Shown: positions 33,319 to 43,010 of the stretch, piece by piece
Position numbering within the stretch: the stretch's first letter is position 1
How the letters are laid out: each line of letters starts with the position of its first letter
IMG/VR virus record: IMGVR_UViG_3300049137_000083
Location: 1-49,692 of that record
Direction: 5' to 3' (one strand)
DNA length: 49,692 nucleotides
From: a virus
Lineage: Duplodnaviria; Caudoviricetes
The notes under the pieces: generated by a model
Told to the model about the DNA's origin: nothing
The model's input: only the letters and a program-made list of their open reading frames with translations
Database searches by the model: none
Translations under genes and position numbers: made by a program

Positions 33319-33834
33319 TCACACCACTCTCCGCGCCGTCATGTACGACCCCGTCCAAACGGTTGTGCCGCTGGCGTTCGCGACCAGTTGCGACCACGTC
33401 AATGCGAAGTTCCCCGCGGTGCCAGCAGTGACCAGCCAGACTTCCTCGCGGATCACCGAAGTGTCCGACCCGTCGGTGCCGTACCCGATGCTCGTCGCGA
33501 TCGGGGCCGACCTGGCTTGGATCTTCGTGTTCTGCGTCGACGTCGTCCCCGTCTCAGGCCCATGCGTGAACCGCTGCCCGGTGGATCCGGCGGGGAACGT
33601 CCACTGTTGCTTCCAGTCGGCCGCTGCGGGCCCGGAGGCGATCACGAGCAGCGACACGTGGTAGGTCGCGTTCGCCGCGACCGGGAGCGTCAGGACCGTG
33701 TCGGCGACGTTCACCGTCGAGTTCGTGACGGTCTGGTTCGCAGTTTTCACGGCCGACAGGAGCTCACGGTCGTCCAAGAGCGCTTTCGTGGCGACGCTTC
33801 CCGCAGTGAGGTACCGGTAGTAGCTCGTCATCAC
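33319..33834 (-). CDS. minor tail protein, paralogue 1
   Basis: AGSVAT...KTANQTVTNST...LTWSQLVANA...ARRVV. Confidence 0.75.
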   Translation of the reverse strand: MMTSYYRYLTAGSVATKALLDDRELLSAVKTANQTVTNSTVNVADTVLTLPVAANATYHVSLLVIASGPAAADWKQQWTFPAGSTGQRFTHGPETGTTSTQNTKIQARSAPIATSIGYGTDGSDTSVIREEVWLVTAGTAGNFALTWSQLVANASGTTVWTGSYMTARRVV

Positions 33835-36596
33835 AGGCCCAAATGGTTCGGCTGGAACAAGCCCACCGCAGCTCCTGCGGAGTGGGACTTCACGACCGAG
33901 TTGACGCTGCGCGTGACGGTGAACTTCTGCGGGTGCAGCGTCCCGTCAGTGTCGAACTGGACCCCCACCGGCAGGGTGTTGGTATTGCCGGCCACCAGGA
34001 GGCAGCGCATCCCCCACACGCCCGCCGCAGTGATCGACGTGTCGTACGCGACGTCCGTCCACTGCGCTGGTTCAGTCGCCGAGGTCCAGATTTTGATGTA
34101 CAGCCACGGCCCCTGCAGTTTGAACCGCATCCGGTAGTCAGTCGTCGTCGTATGCGTCACCCCCACCAGCGTCTGGGACCGCAGAGTCGTGCCCGTGCCC
34201 GCGAGGACCTTCCGCAGCTGCAACGTGACTTGCGCGGTCGTCTCGATCTGCAGCTGCGCCAGGTAGTAGTTGTTGGCGGCCAGGTCCCACCGGGCCGCTG
34301 CCCGCACCTGGATGCCCGCGCCAGTGGCGAGAACCGGGACCCGCGCGATGAACGTCCGGTCCATCGACGTCACCGGCAGCCCCGTGATGTAGGTGCTGCG
34401 CAGGGAGTTCACCGTTCCCAGCGAGATGACCCCCCGTGTGCCGTTCACGCTGTAGTCCGCTGCAGCGCCGCCCGTGGTCGACCATGCATGCCCGGACGTG
34501 GAGGTGCCCCACCCGTTCGATACGGACCGGGTGAACGTGTCCGAGAACGAACCCGCGATCGCGGAGGCCGTCATGCGTTCCCCGCCGACACCGACGTCGA
34601 AGCCGGCGCTCGTGGTCCACTCAGGGCCCTCGTACGTCTCCACGTCGAACGTGGTGGCCGAGGAGGTGAGGGCGTTGACCAGACGTGACCCCGCCGTGTC
34701 CATCCGCCCGAATTCAGCATGGTCGAGTTCCGCGACCCGGTACCGGGACGCCGGCGAGAGGTACAGCTCGACCGTCCAGGAGTACTGGTCCATCGACTCC
34801 TGGTAGCCCTCCATGATCAGGTCAATGTCGTTGACCACGCCGGGGGGCGGATCGGTGATCAGAACCCGGTCCCCGAGTTCGATCGACTTCCAATCGGAGA
34901 TCTGGCCTGTCGCACCGTGCAGGAGGATCTGGATGCGCGGGTACCGGTAGTCGCCCCGGGTGCCCTGGTAAAGCGTCCACCCGGCATGGTCGGGCAGCCG
35001 GTCGGGGCTGAAAATGTTCCGCGACACGGAGAGCTCGTTCTCCACCGCGGAGGCCGATGCGGTCGCGGCGGAGCCCGCGCCCGACACCGTCACCTGTGTC
35101 GCCAGGTAATGGTCGTCGTCGTCCTGCTCCAGAATGGCGAAGTCCGCCTGCGTCAACGTCAGTGCGGGAGAGCCGATCGCGTGCGCGTTGAGCAGCGACC
35201 GGGACCGATACTGCAGCGACCCCGTCCCGAAGTCTCTGGGTTCGAACAGGATCCCGCCGTCAGCTTCGACCGCGTCATCGATGATGCCGACGATGTTCGC
35301 CTTCGGCTGCTCACCGAGCCGCTCGTACATCGCCGTTTCCGCCGACGACGTCGAGACCGAATACATCAGGCCCGACTCTTCGTCGAGGCGGTTCAGGCGG
35401 GTGTTCGCTCCCTCGCCGCTGCCGTTGAGGTAGCCGTTCATCGCGTTTGCATACCGGTCCATGACCGTGGTCGACAGGTCATCGTCGTACACGGCGAGAT
35501 GCCCGAACGCGAACAGGGCCGGTCCGGTCGTCATGGTCGTGGACGGGAACGCCGCTTTCCGGACCCTGCCGAGCGTCTTCCCTGCGATGGTGACGCTGTA
35601 GCTCGCACCCTCGTAACGGAGCCGCAGGGCCACGTCCGCGCCGGACTGCGCAGCCCGGACGCCGAACGCGTGCCACTGGCCGTCGCCGGGTTCGATCGTG
35701 AGCGCGCCGGTCGCGACCGAGCCGAGCAGCGTGCCGTCCTCGGAGTACACCTGCAGCGTGAACCGGTCAGTCTCCAAGACGAGCCGCACCTGGTCCGGGT
35801 CCGTCGACCCTTCACCATGGTTGATGTCCGCGTCCAACAGGACCGTGTTGACCAGCGAGTCCTCATCGGTCTTGAACATTCCGAGGATCGTCCACTGGCC
35901 CGTGTTCGTGTACGGCCGGACGATGCCCGTCGCCGACGGCGGGTTGGCTTTCATGAACGAGTAGTCCGATTGCGGTGTCGCCTCCGAACCGGGAGGAGGC
36001 GACGAAGCGCCGAGTTCGATCGACCCGCTCACGGTCATTGCGACGCCGTCGGGGAAGAAGGAGGTGCATTCGGTCGCGGCTTTGCCGTCTTCCATCGGCC
36101 AGTACTCGATGCAGTTGCCGACCGCCGGGAGATGCGGTGCCGTCCAGTACAGGGGCGAGTGGGCTCCCTGCTTGCCGAGGCGGCGAAGCACACTGTCGGC
36201 CGTCACCGACACCCACGAAATCGACGCGGCCGACCCGCCCCACGATGTCGGCAGCTTCGACAGGTACCCCGAGAACCGGGGCGACCACGACCCGCCCGAG
36301 TCAGTGGAGACACTGATCCGTACCGGCGTGTTCACCGCCAGCAGCGGGAAATACGGGCTCATCGGGTTCTGGGTGCAGAACCGGCCGCCGTTGTTGTTGA
36401 GGTTGAACGTGGCCGTCGCCGGCGACGTCGACCCCGAGTCGTTACGCCGTCCCCGGTTGACAACGACCTTCGTCCCGTTGGCAGTTTGCACGTAGGCGGA
36501 GATGTCCGTCCACGACCACGACGCCGGGTCACCGGTGATGTCCGCGCCGAGCGCGATCTCCATCTTGACCTCGAGCGGGTCAGCGGGGAACGCCAT
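33831..36596 (-). CDS. large minor tail/tail-tip protein
   Basis: 921 aa after tape measure; WTDISAYV, YWPMEDG (lectin/LamG-like), VTRSVNSVVKSHSAG C terminus typical of actinophage tail tips. Confidence 0.85.
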   Translation of the reverse strand: MAFPADPLEVKMEIALGADITGDPASWSWTDISAYVQTANGTKVVVNRGRRNDSGSTSPATATFNLNNNGGRFCTQNPMSPYFPLLAVNTPVRISVSTDSGGSWSPRFSGYLSKLPTSWGGSAASISWVSVTADSVLRRLGKQGAHSPLYWTAPHLPAVGNCIEYWPMEDGKAATECTSFFPDGVAMTVSGSIELGASSPPPGSEATPQSDYSFMKANPPSATGIVRPYTNTGQWTILGMFKTDEDSLVNTVLLDADINHGEGSTDPDQVRLVLETDRFTLQVYSEDGTLLGSVATGALTIEPGDGQWHAFGVRAAQSGADVALRLRYEGASYSVTIAGKTLGRVRKAAFPSTTMTTGPALFAFGHLAVYDDDLSTTVMDRYANAMNGYLNGSGEGANTRLNRLDEESGLMYSVSTSSAETAMYERLGEQPKANIVGIIDDAVEADGGILFEPRDFGTGSLQYRSRSLLNAHAIGSPALTLTQADFAILEQDDDDHYLATQVTVSGAGSAATASASAVENELSVSRNIFSPDRLPDHAGWTLYQGTRGDYRYPRIQILLHGATGQISDWKSIELGDRVLITDPPPGVVNDIDLIMEGYQESMDQYSWTVELYLSPASRYRVAELDHAEFGRMDTAGSRLVNALTSSATTFDVETYEGPEWTTSAGFDVGVGGERMTASAIAGSFSDTFTRSVSNGWGTSTSGHAWSTTGGAAADYSVNGTRGVISLGTVNSLRSTYITGLPVTSMDRTFIARVPVLATGAGIQVRAAARWDLAANNYYLAQLQIETTAQVTLQLRKVLAGTGTTLRSQTLVGVTHTTTTDYRMRFKLQGPWLYIKIWTSATEPAQWTDVAYDTSITAAGVWGMRCLLVAGNTNTLPVGVQFDTDGTLHPQKFTVTRSVNSVVKSHSAGAAVGLFQPNHLGL

Positions 36597-39298
36597 CAGC
36601 GGGTCCCGAACGCAGCCTGGACGTTCCCGGCACCGCGCACCCGGACGATCTCCTGCAGAGCGCGAGCCATCGGATCAGCGCTGTTCGCGAAGTCGATTCG
36701 GACCGTGACGGTGCTGTTGTGCGAAGCCGCCATGCCCGCCATCGGCGTGCCCGTGCTGGTGTTGCGGTCTATGCCCCCCCAAAGGGGGACGCCGCGCCCC
36801 GAGTTCACGGCCTCCAGCAGCGACCGGTAGCGCGCGGTCGCCGCCGCGTTGACGATGAATTCGCCGTTGCTGACCCTGATCAAGTTCGCGTCGTCGCGCG
36901 GTCCCCCGCGGCCACGGAACATCCCCCCAGTGGGGAATCCCGGAAATCCGCCGTTCGCGAACCCAGGGACATACCCGCCGTCCGCGTACCCCATGGGAGA
37001 CTCCCCACCCTTCGGGATCCACGGCCGCTGACCAGTAGTCACATAACTCGTCTTGACGGTGGTCTGCACCAGGGAAGGAATCTGGTCGAACGCCGCGGCG
37101 TAGTCGTCGATCTGGTCCTCGGTCAACCCAAGCCGCCTCGCCAGAGCCCGGAATTCAGCCTCGAGATCCTCAGCGACCGCCATGGCTTCCTCCTGGGATC
37201 CTGTCGACTCGGCTACCGCCGACACCTGGTCGAGGTAGGCGCCGATGAGGTTGCGGACGGTCTCCCGGTTCGACAGAGCGGACTCGGAGTTGCCATCGAT
37301 CGCGAAGCCGTTCTCCTCGAATTCGGCCGTTGCCGCATTGACGATCGACGCCACCGCGTCCTCGGCCTCCTCGACACCGAACAGGGTCTCCGTGATCTGC
37401 CGCAGCGCCTCGTCGAGTTCCTGAATCCCCGCCTTCGCCGCCGAGGCCGCATCGGTGGAGACATGCAGCTGTTGGGCGTACAACTGCGTTGCCGCAGAAG
37501 CGCTCTCGGTCGCGGCCGTTCCACCCTCGGTGCCGAGACGCAGATTCTCTGCCCGGTCAGCGGCCTCGTCGTACGTGCCCTGCAATTCACCCAGCTGGCC
37601 GTCGAGGTAGTCGACCGCGTCGGCCTGGTTCCACTCCTCGTCCGTCATCTGCCGGAACTCGTCGCCAGTCTCGCCCGATGCGGCGCGCAGCTCGTCGTAG
37701 TAGGCTTTCTGCTCAGCCAGGGCGTCAGTGCCGTTCAGGACCGAGTCGACAAGCTCGGACTGGGAAATCCCGAATTCCTTCGCGGTATCGAATGCTCCTT
37801 CGGCTTCAAGCTGGTTGGAGATCCACGCCCGCGTGTTCTCGGTGACCGCGCCCGTCTGGGCGTCGAACGTCGCCGACAGTTCGTCGGTCTCGGCCTGCGT
37901 CTTGCCCATCTCGGCTGCGAAGACCCCGATGATCGCGATGGCGCTGCCGATCGCAGCCCCCCACGGTCCCGTGAGGATCCCGGCGATGCCGCCAAGCGCT
38001 CTCTTCGCCATCAGGGCCCGGCCCGTCCCCATCTCAGTGAGCGCGACGTTCAGGGCGTGCACTTTCGGAACCGCGATGATCGCGGCCCCGCCAAGGATCG
38101 TGATCGCAGCACCGGCCGCGCCGACCCACACCGCGGCTTGCTGCACCGGCTTCGGGAACCCCGAGAACGCCTGCACGGCGCCAGTAGCGGCCTGCGTCAT
38201 CGACCGAAGCACATCGTTCGCGCCCGAACCCGACTGAATCAGGGCCGTGTCGAGCGTCGATTTGAGCGTCTTCAAGTCGCCGTTGAGGTTGTCGAGACGA
38301 TCGGCCGCAACCTCGGCGGCGTACCCGGAGTCGTTGACCGCCAGGTTCCAGTCCGTGATTCCCTGCGACCCCTCCGTGTACAGCACGTTCGCCGCGCGCA
38401 CCGCATCTGCCCCGAAGATCGTGGCAAGCGCGGCGTCCCGCTCGGCCTGCGTGAGGCCCTGCATTTGGCTCTTCAACTGCCCGGCGAGATCAGTGAGGCC
38501 GACGAAGTTCCCGGCCGCGTCGTAGGCGTTGATGCCCAGGTCCTCCATGAGCGTCGACGCTTCTTTGGAGGGGTTCGCGAGCATCATGAGCATCGTCTTG
38601 AGGGAGGTACCGGCATCCGAGCCGATCAGGCCCGCCGACGCGAACGCCGCCAGCGCCCCCGTGCCGTCCTCGATCGACACACCGAACTGGTTCAGGACAA
38701 GACCCGACTGCTGAAGAGCCATGCCCAAGTCGGCGACTGAGCCCAGCGACTTCCCGGCCGCCGCGGCGAGCAGATCCGCGACATGCGGGATCTCGTCGCC
38801 CGACAGCCCGAACTGCTGCATTGCCAGGGCCGCGATCTCGGCGGCGTCCGCAACAGTGATCGCCCCAGCGGCGGCGAGTGACAGCGCTCCGTCGAGGCCA
38901 CCGTTGAGGATGGCCGCTGTGGAGATACCGGCCTTGCCGAGCTCTTCGATCGCCTGCGCTGCTTCCGTAGCACTGAACACTGTCGACTCGCCAGCAGCGA
39001 GGGCGGCATCGCGGAGCAACCCCATGCCCGCCTCGGTCTCGCGCATGACCGCGTTGACGCTCGACATCTGTGCGTCGAATTCGGCGAACTTCGCGACCGC
39101 ATACCCGACACCGACAGCGAGTCCGGCCCCGGCGACCATGGCCGCCCGAGAGATCTGGTCGGCGGCCTCATGATGTTCGCGAATGACCTTCCGAAGCTCG
39201 CCACGTGTTTCGAACCACGCCTGCTTGTAGTTCCGGATCGCAGTGATGGCACCGGCCATCTGCATGCGAATACCGACAGAGACCGTACGTTCGGCCAT
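36596..39298 (-). CDS. tape measure protein (TP901-type core)
   Basis: FDAQMSSVNAV, FSATEAAQAIEELGKAG, GSDAGTSLKTML, LATIFGADAVRAA, DNLNGDL; C-terminal YADGG/VSNGEFIVNA. Confidence 0.95.
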   Translation of the reverse strand: MAERTVSVGIRMQMAGAITAIRNYKQAWFETRGELRKVIREHHEAADQISRAAMVAGAGLAVGVGYAVAKFAEFDAQMSSVNAVMRETEAGMGLLRDAALAAGESTVFSATEAAQAIEELGKAGISTAAILNGGLDGALSLAAAGAITVADAAEIAALAMQQFGLSGDEIPHVADLLAAAAGKSLGSVADLGMALQQSGLVLNQFGVSIEDGTGALAAFASAGLIGSDAGTSLKTMLMMLANPSKEASTLMEDLGINAYDAAGNFVGLTDLAGQLKSQMQGLTQAERDAALATIFGADAVRAANVLYTEGSQGITDWNLAVNDSGYAAEVAADRLDNLNGDLKTLKSTLDTALIQSGSGANDVLRSMTQAATGAVQAFSGFPKPVQQAAVWVGAAGAAITILGGAAIIAVPKVHALNVALTEMGTGRALMAKRALGGIAGILTGPWGAAIGSAIAIIGVFAAEMGKTQAETDELSATFDAQTGAVTENTRAWISNQLEAEGAFDTAKEFGISQSELVDSVLNGTDALAEQKAYYDELRAASGETGDEFRQMTDEEWNQADAVDYLDGQLGELQGTYDEAADRAENLRLGTEGGTAATESASAATQLYAQQLHVSTDAASAAKAGIQELDEALRQITETLFGVEEAEDAVASIVNAATAEFEENGFAIDGNSESALSNRETVRNLIGAYLDQVSAVAESTGSQEEAMAVAEDLEAEFRALARRLGLTEDQIDDYAAAFDQIPSLVQTTVKTSYVTTGQRPWIPKGGESPMGYADGGYVPGFANGGFPGFPTGGMFRGRGGPRDDANLIRVSNGEFIVNAAATARYRSLLEAVNSGRGVPLWGGIDRNTSTGTPMAGMAASHNSTVTVRIDFANSADPMARALQEIVRVRGAGNVQAAFGTR

Positions 39299-39299
39299 G

Positions 39300-39710
39300 T
39301 CACCACCGGTCCTTCACGTTGAGGAACAAGGCCTGTGGCTGTGATTTCTTCTGGGCGCGGATCTGGTCGGCGCCGATACCGATTGCGGTGCACCGGTGGC
39401 ATCGGGTGGGGTCGTCGGGCAGGTACTTGCCGTCGTTCTCCGGGAGCGTCGTCTCGGAGAGCCGCCCGTGGCAGCCGGGGCATTCGTCGCCCTCAGCGAG
39501 CGCGAGGGCGAGCATCCAGTCCTGCTGTTCGTCGTCCCACTCGGGTTCGCGTTCGGTCACGGTGACCATGCGACCGTCGCGTTTCTCTCGCCACGAGTAC
39601 GTTCGGGGCTCCCAGCCGTCGAGCCGCTTCAAGCTGATGCCCAGCGTCCTGGCCGTGGTGACCTTCGCTCGAAGCTCGCCGGATTCGTGGAGCCGCTCGG
39701 TCAGAAAGGG
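39300..39710 (-). CDS. tail assembly chaperone T segment (expressed by -1 frameshift)
   Basis: open -1 frame from slippery CCCTTTC at 39710-39704; EPEWDDEQ, CPGC, CHRC motifs. Confidence 0.8.
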   Translation of the reverse strand, partial: PFLTERLHESGELRAKVTTARTLGISLKRLDGWEPRTYSWREKRDGRMVTVTEREPEWDDEQQDWMLALALAEGDECPGCHGRLSETTLPENDGKYLPDDPTRCHRCTAIGIGADQIRAQKKSQPQALFLNVKDRW

Positions 39711-40153
39711 AGGCTGGAGCCCTGGAGGTTCAGCGCCTGCGCCGCGGTCACCAGACGAATCCACTCGCCCTCAGTGAGGACCTCGTCGATCTGGGTCCAC
39801 TCCTGGTCCGTGGGGACAGGGTCGACGATGCTGGCCCGCACCATCGCCTCATAGAGGGTGTCCTCGTTGTATCCGACTTTCCGGTCGTCGAGGTGGTCCT
39901 TGCGGGGCGGGTGGGCCTTGATCAGCTCCGTCCACTGCTTGCGCGGCAGCGCTCGGAGCGTGAACCGGATCGTGGCCGCCTCGACTGCCGCGGCGAGCTC
40001 GTCGGGGACGGTGGCCTTGCCGCCGAGAGAGTCAGCGGCAGTGCGGACGGCTTTCCGCTCGGCCTCCCGGTAGGCCTCGATCGCAGACGCGTCGAGGCAC
40101 ACCGGGACGACCCGCTCGGGAAGCTTCGCCTTGGTGAGGGCTTCGATCGCCAT
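39701..40153 (-). CDS. tail assembly chaperone G
   Basis: between major tail and tape measure genes; FTLRALPRKQW...HPPR; ends LPF*. Confidence 0.85.
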   Translation of the reverse strand: MAIEALTKAKLPERVVPVCLDASAIEAYREAERKAVRTAADSLGGKATVPDELAAAVEAATIRFTLRALPRKQWTELIKAHPPRKDHLDDRKVGYNEDTLYEAMVRASIVDPVPTDQEWTQIDEVLTEGEWIRLVTAAQALNLQGSSLPF

Positions 40154-40632
40154 CAGGCGGCCACTGCCCGCAGCTCGGGGTCGGCCGTGATCATCGTCGG
40201 CACCTCGTACCGCGCGGTCGTGTTCGCCTCGGGCGCGAGCTCGCGCGTCTCCCCGCACGCGATCGGGTAGACCGAGACCTTGTCGGCGGCGGCCCAAGCC
40301 GTGGAGGCATCCACATAGCGGCGCACCACGATGTAGCCCTCCACGCCGCGCACCAGCGTCGTGTAGGTCGTGTCGGCGCCGGTCTGCTTCTTGATCCGCA
40401 GCAGGGTGCCGGAGAACGAGGCCCGGCCGGGCCGCTTCGTGTCGAACGTGGACGACAGGCTGGTCGTGTCGACCTCGGCGGTCTCCGGCTCGTAACCAAC
40501 AAGACCGTCCGCAGTGATGAACGTGTCGATGTCGTCGCCGGCGTTGATCTCGACGACCGTCGGCGCGGCGATGCTGGAGATCGTCGGCACGAACGCGACC
40601 TTGACGGTGCCGTCGACAATGATGTCGCCCAT
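40153..40632 (-). CDS. major tail protein
   Basis: DGTVKVAFVPTISSIAAPTVVEINAG...GYIVVRR...DKVSVYP actinophage tail tube pattern. Confidence 0.88.
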   Translation of the reverse strand: MGDIIVDGTVKVAFVPTISSIAAPTVVEINAGDDIDTFITADGLVGYEPETAEVDTTSLSSTFDTKRPGRASFSGTLLRIKKQTGADTTYTTLVRGVEGYIVVRRYVDASTAWAAADKVSVYPIACGETRELAPEANTTARYEVPTMITADPELRAVAA

Positions 40633-40634
40633 GG

Positions 40635-40817
40635 CTACTTGTCCTTCCGGGTGTTCGTGGTTTGAGGCACGACCAGGTCGGCCATGGGCTCTGTGTCGGT
40701 GGTTTCGACCGGAGCGGAGGCTCGCGTCCAGCCCTTCTCGAGCCAGTCGTTGACGGCGGCCACAGGGCACGCCCACTCGCCCTTCGTCTGCGGATGGCGC
40801 AGCAGCACGGTCTTCAT
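40635..40817 (-). CDS. small hypothetical protein preceding the major tail gene
   Basis: MKTVLLRHPQT...WLEKGW; AGGAG RBS. Confidence 0.65.
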   Translation of the reverse strand: MKTVLLRHPQTKGEWACPVAAVNDWLEKGWTRASAPVETTDTEPMADLVVPQTTNTRKDK

Positions 40818-40925
40818 TGGTTCTCCTGGTGATTGATCGGTTACGAGATGGGACGTACGGTCGATGTGGACCGGCGTCGCCGCAGGTAAAGTGAGGGGCC
40901 CTTGAACCCCTGAGAAAGGCACGAA

Positions 40926-41147
40926 ATGGACAAGACCCTCGCCCTGGTGTTTGCGTTCGGCGGAGTACTCGCCACGGTCGGGGTGATCGTGCTGGTCAAC
41001 AGCACGCACTTCAACCCGAACCCGTTCATGGAGAACATGACCAACGAGACGGGCCAGCTCGCCGGCGTCGTCGTGGCTTCCGCTGGCGCCGTGATCGTTG
41101 CGATCGCCGCTGCCGCCCAGGCGGTCTGCCGGAGCATCCGCGGCTAA
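40926..41147 (+). CDS. two-TM membrane protein (moron inserted in tail operon)
   Basis: opposite strand, own TAAAGT -10 (about 40886) and GAAAGG RBS. Confidence 0.7.
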   Translation: MDKTLALVFAFGGVLATVGVIVLVNSTHFNPNPFMENMTNETGQLAGVVVASAGAVIVAIAAAAQAVCRSIRG

Positions 41148-41539
41148 GCGGCGGTCATCCGCCACATGTAGACGTCGATCTGGTCCATCACGGCGATGCC
41201 GGTGGACTCGTCGCGCTTCGGCGGGTTCGTCAGTTCACGCCGGATCGGTCCCGATGACCATCCGGCGACAGTGAGCCGCTGATCGGTGATCGTGGAGTCG
41301 ACCTGGCCGGCAACGACCCGCGCTCCCTGCGCCGACTCCGCCACCGAGTGGACGTAGGCCCGGTCGGTGGCCTCGTTCGAGGTCTGGCGGAGGTTGTCGC
41401 CCCGATCTCGCCCGCCCGCGAAGTAGACGACGACGTACGGCGGTTCCAGCCCGTTGGGAACGTCGCCGTCGACCACCGTGATGTTGCTGTTGGTCTCCAG
41501 CAGTGCCAGGAACGCTGCGGCGGCAGCTTCAGCTACCAC
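41144..41539 (-). CDS. tail terminator protein
   Basis: VVDGDVP...PPYVVVY pattern; gene order. Confidence 0.75.
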   Translation of the reverse strand: MVAEAAAAAFLALLETNSNITVVDGDVPNGLEPPYVVVYFAGGRDRGDNLRQTSNEATDRAYVHSVAESAQGARVVAGQVDSTITDQRLTVAGWSSGPIRRELTNPPKRDESTGIAVMDQIDVYMWRMTAA

Positions 41540-41915
41540 CGAGCACGTCCTCAATGGCGTCGCCGAGGTAGCGTTCCAGGCGCGGTGTTTCCCGGTCCAG
41601 GGCAGGCATACCGCCAGGGATCGGGGCGTTGTTCACGGTCCCGAACTCGATGATGTTGCCCAGAGCGCCCTGCGCACGGCCCTTGTCGGGGCCGATCTCC
41701 CACTCAACATCGGAGCCAGAAAACTTGCGGTCGTAGTTGACCGCCCGCGACAACGGCTCGATGTAGGAGTGACCAGACCATGTCTCAGCCCAGTCCTTCT
41801 TGATGTTCAGGGCGGCCTTCTCGCCGACCTTCACGACCTCGTCATGCAAGTCCTTGGGGAGCCGCCCCAGCTCGGCGATGTAGGCGCGCAGTTCCGCGTC
41901 GTCGATGTCCATCAT
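41529..41915 (-). CDS. HK97 gp10-like neck protein
   Basis: KAALNIKKDW...EIGPDK...LGNIIEFGT...PAL. Confidence 0.75.
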   Translation of the reverse strand: MMDIDDAELRAYIAELGRLPKDLHDEVVKVGEKAALNIKKDWAETWSGHSYIEPLSRAVNYDRKFSGSDVEWEIGPDKGRAQGALGNIIEFGTVNNAPIPGGMPALDRETPRLERYLGDAIEDVLGGS

Positions 41916-42310
41916 CCGGTCACCTCCGTGCACATGACCCGCCGTGAGGTCGCATGACTCTTGTGGTGCAAGTCTTTGATGCGCACGACCCGGCCGACCA
42001 GGTCTGGGTCATGCACGGAGGTGTCGATCGTGATCTCGTCACCCTTCCGCAGACCCGTGACCGCGATCGGCAACTGCACCTGGAGGGTCAGCAGGACCAG
42101 CGCGGCCTCCCCGATGTCCCTCGGTTCACCCCAGCCGCCGTTGGTCTGCACACGGCACTTCTGCGCCGCATACAGCACCGAGTACGTCGGTGTCACGGCG
42201 CCCGTCGTCAGGTTCGTGGTGTCGCCCGTGCGGCGCCGGATCGTGCACGAGTCGACCATCAACGCCTCAGCCGCAGCCCGCCCCAGGGCGAGCAGGTCAG
42301 ACGCATTCAT
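41912..42310 (-). CDS. head-to-tail stopper (DUF6093)
   Basis: GRAAAEALMVDSCTIRR...KCRVQ...KSHATSRR. Confidence 0.82.
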   Translation of the reverse strand: MNASDLLALGRAAAEALMVDSCTIRRRTGDTTNLTTGAVTPTYSVLYAAQKCRVQTNGGWGEPRDIGEAALVLLTLQVQLPIAVTGLRKGDEITIDTSVHDPDLVGRVVRIKDLHHKSHATSRRVMCTEVTG

Positions 42311-42671
42311 CACGGATCGCAATCGAGAACGCGGACCCCAGACCCGCGGCCTTGCGGATACGACGCACTTCGTCACGCGACACGTCGAACGACGTCACCG
42401 TCTCCGACGCGTACGTCAGGATCTGGGTGTAGTCGTCGATCGTCCCCTGCTGCGACCTGAGCCCCGACGGGTTCGTGAACAACCGCTTCGCCATGTCCAA
42501 CGCCACCGAGAAGAACACTTCCTCCCCAGCGGCATCGAAACTCGCCTGCCCGATCAAGTTCACGATCTCCACACGGATCTTCTTCTCGATCAGCGTGTAC
42601 GTGGGGTCAGGGATCGACGCAGCATCGACCTGGAGGAAGGCGGCCAGGTCGTCCTTGGTGAACAGTGACAT
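42297..42671 (-). CDS. head-to-tail adaptor
   Basis: LFTKDDLAAFL...RLFTNPSGLRSQQ..IDDYT. Confidence 0.8.
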   Translation of the reverse strand: MSLFTKDDLAAFLQVDAASIPDPTYTLIEKKIRVEIVNLIGQASFDAAGEEVFFSVALDMAKRLFTNPSGLRSQQGTIDDYTQILTYASETVTSFDVSRDEVRRIRKAAGLGSAFSIAIRDECV

Positions 42672-42683
42672 GGCCGCCTTCTC

Positions 42684-43010
42684 CTATTCGTCGATGACGC
42701 CAGCGTCGGCCAGCGCCGCGATGATGTCGTCCCTGGTGTCCTCGTCCTCGACGTGGACTCCGTGGTCGGCAGCGAACTGGGCCCAGGCATCCCTGCTGGA
42801 TCCCTTCCCAGCCCGCGGAGGCTCAGCCGAGCCATCGTTGCTGGACACCGAGGCCTTGCTGGAGTCCTCGGCCGACTGGGCCTTGCCGTCGGCCCATGCC
42901 TTCGGGTTGGTGATGAGTGCCGCGTGTTCGGCAGGCACCTCATCGTCCGGCCCGTATACCACCCAGTCGAGACCGACCGGAACATGCACGTAGCTACGGA
43001 GCCGAGCCAT
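42684..43010 (-). CDS. small capsid-adjacent protein with C-terminal helix-extension-helix motif
   Basis: YGPDDEVP...ITNPKAW and PPRAGKGSSRDAWAQFA...TRDDIIAAL. Confidence 0.7.
   Translation of the reverse strand: MARLRSYVHVPVGLDWVVYGPDDEVPAEHAALITNPKAWADGKAQSAEDSSKASVSSNDGSAEPPRAGKGSSRDAWAQFAADHGVHVEDEDTRDDIIAALADAGVIDE

Noticed and set aside
32308-33834. diversity-generating retroelement or invertible tail cassette
   Set aside because: no reverse transcriptase, invertase or near-identical nucleotide repeat seen; the paralogues are highly diverged
34719-38740. long plus-strand ORFs (703 aa, 673 aa) and similar ones at 42917, 44583, 46417, 47384
   Set aside because: antisense shadows of high-GC structural genes; Arg/Val-rich with no motifs
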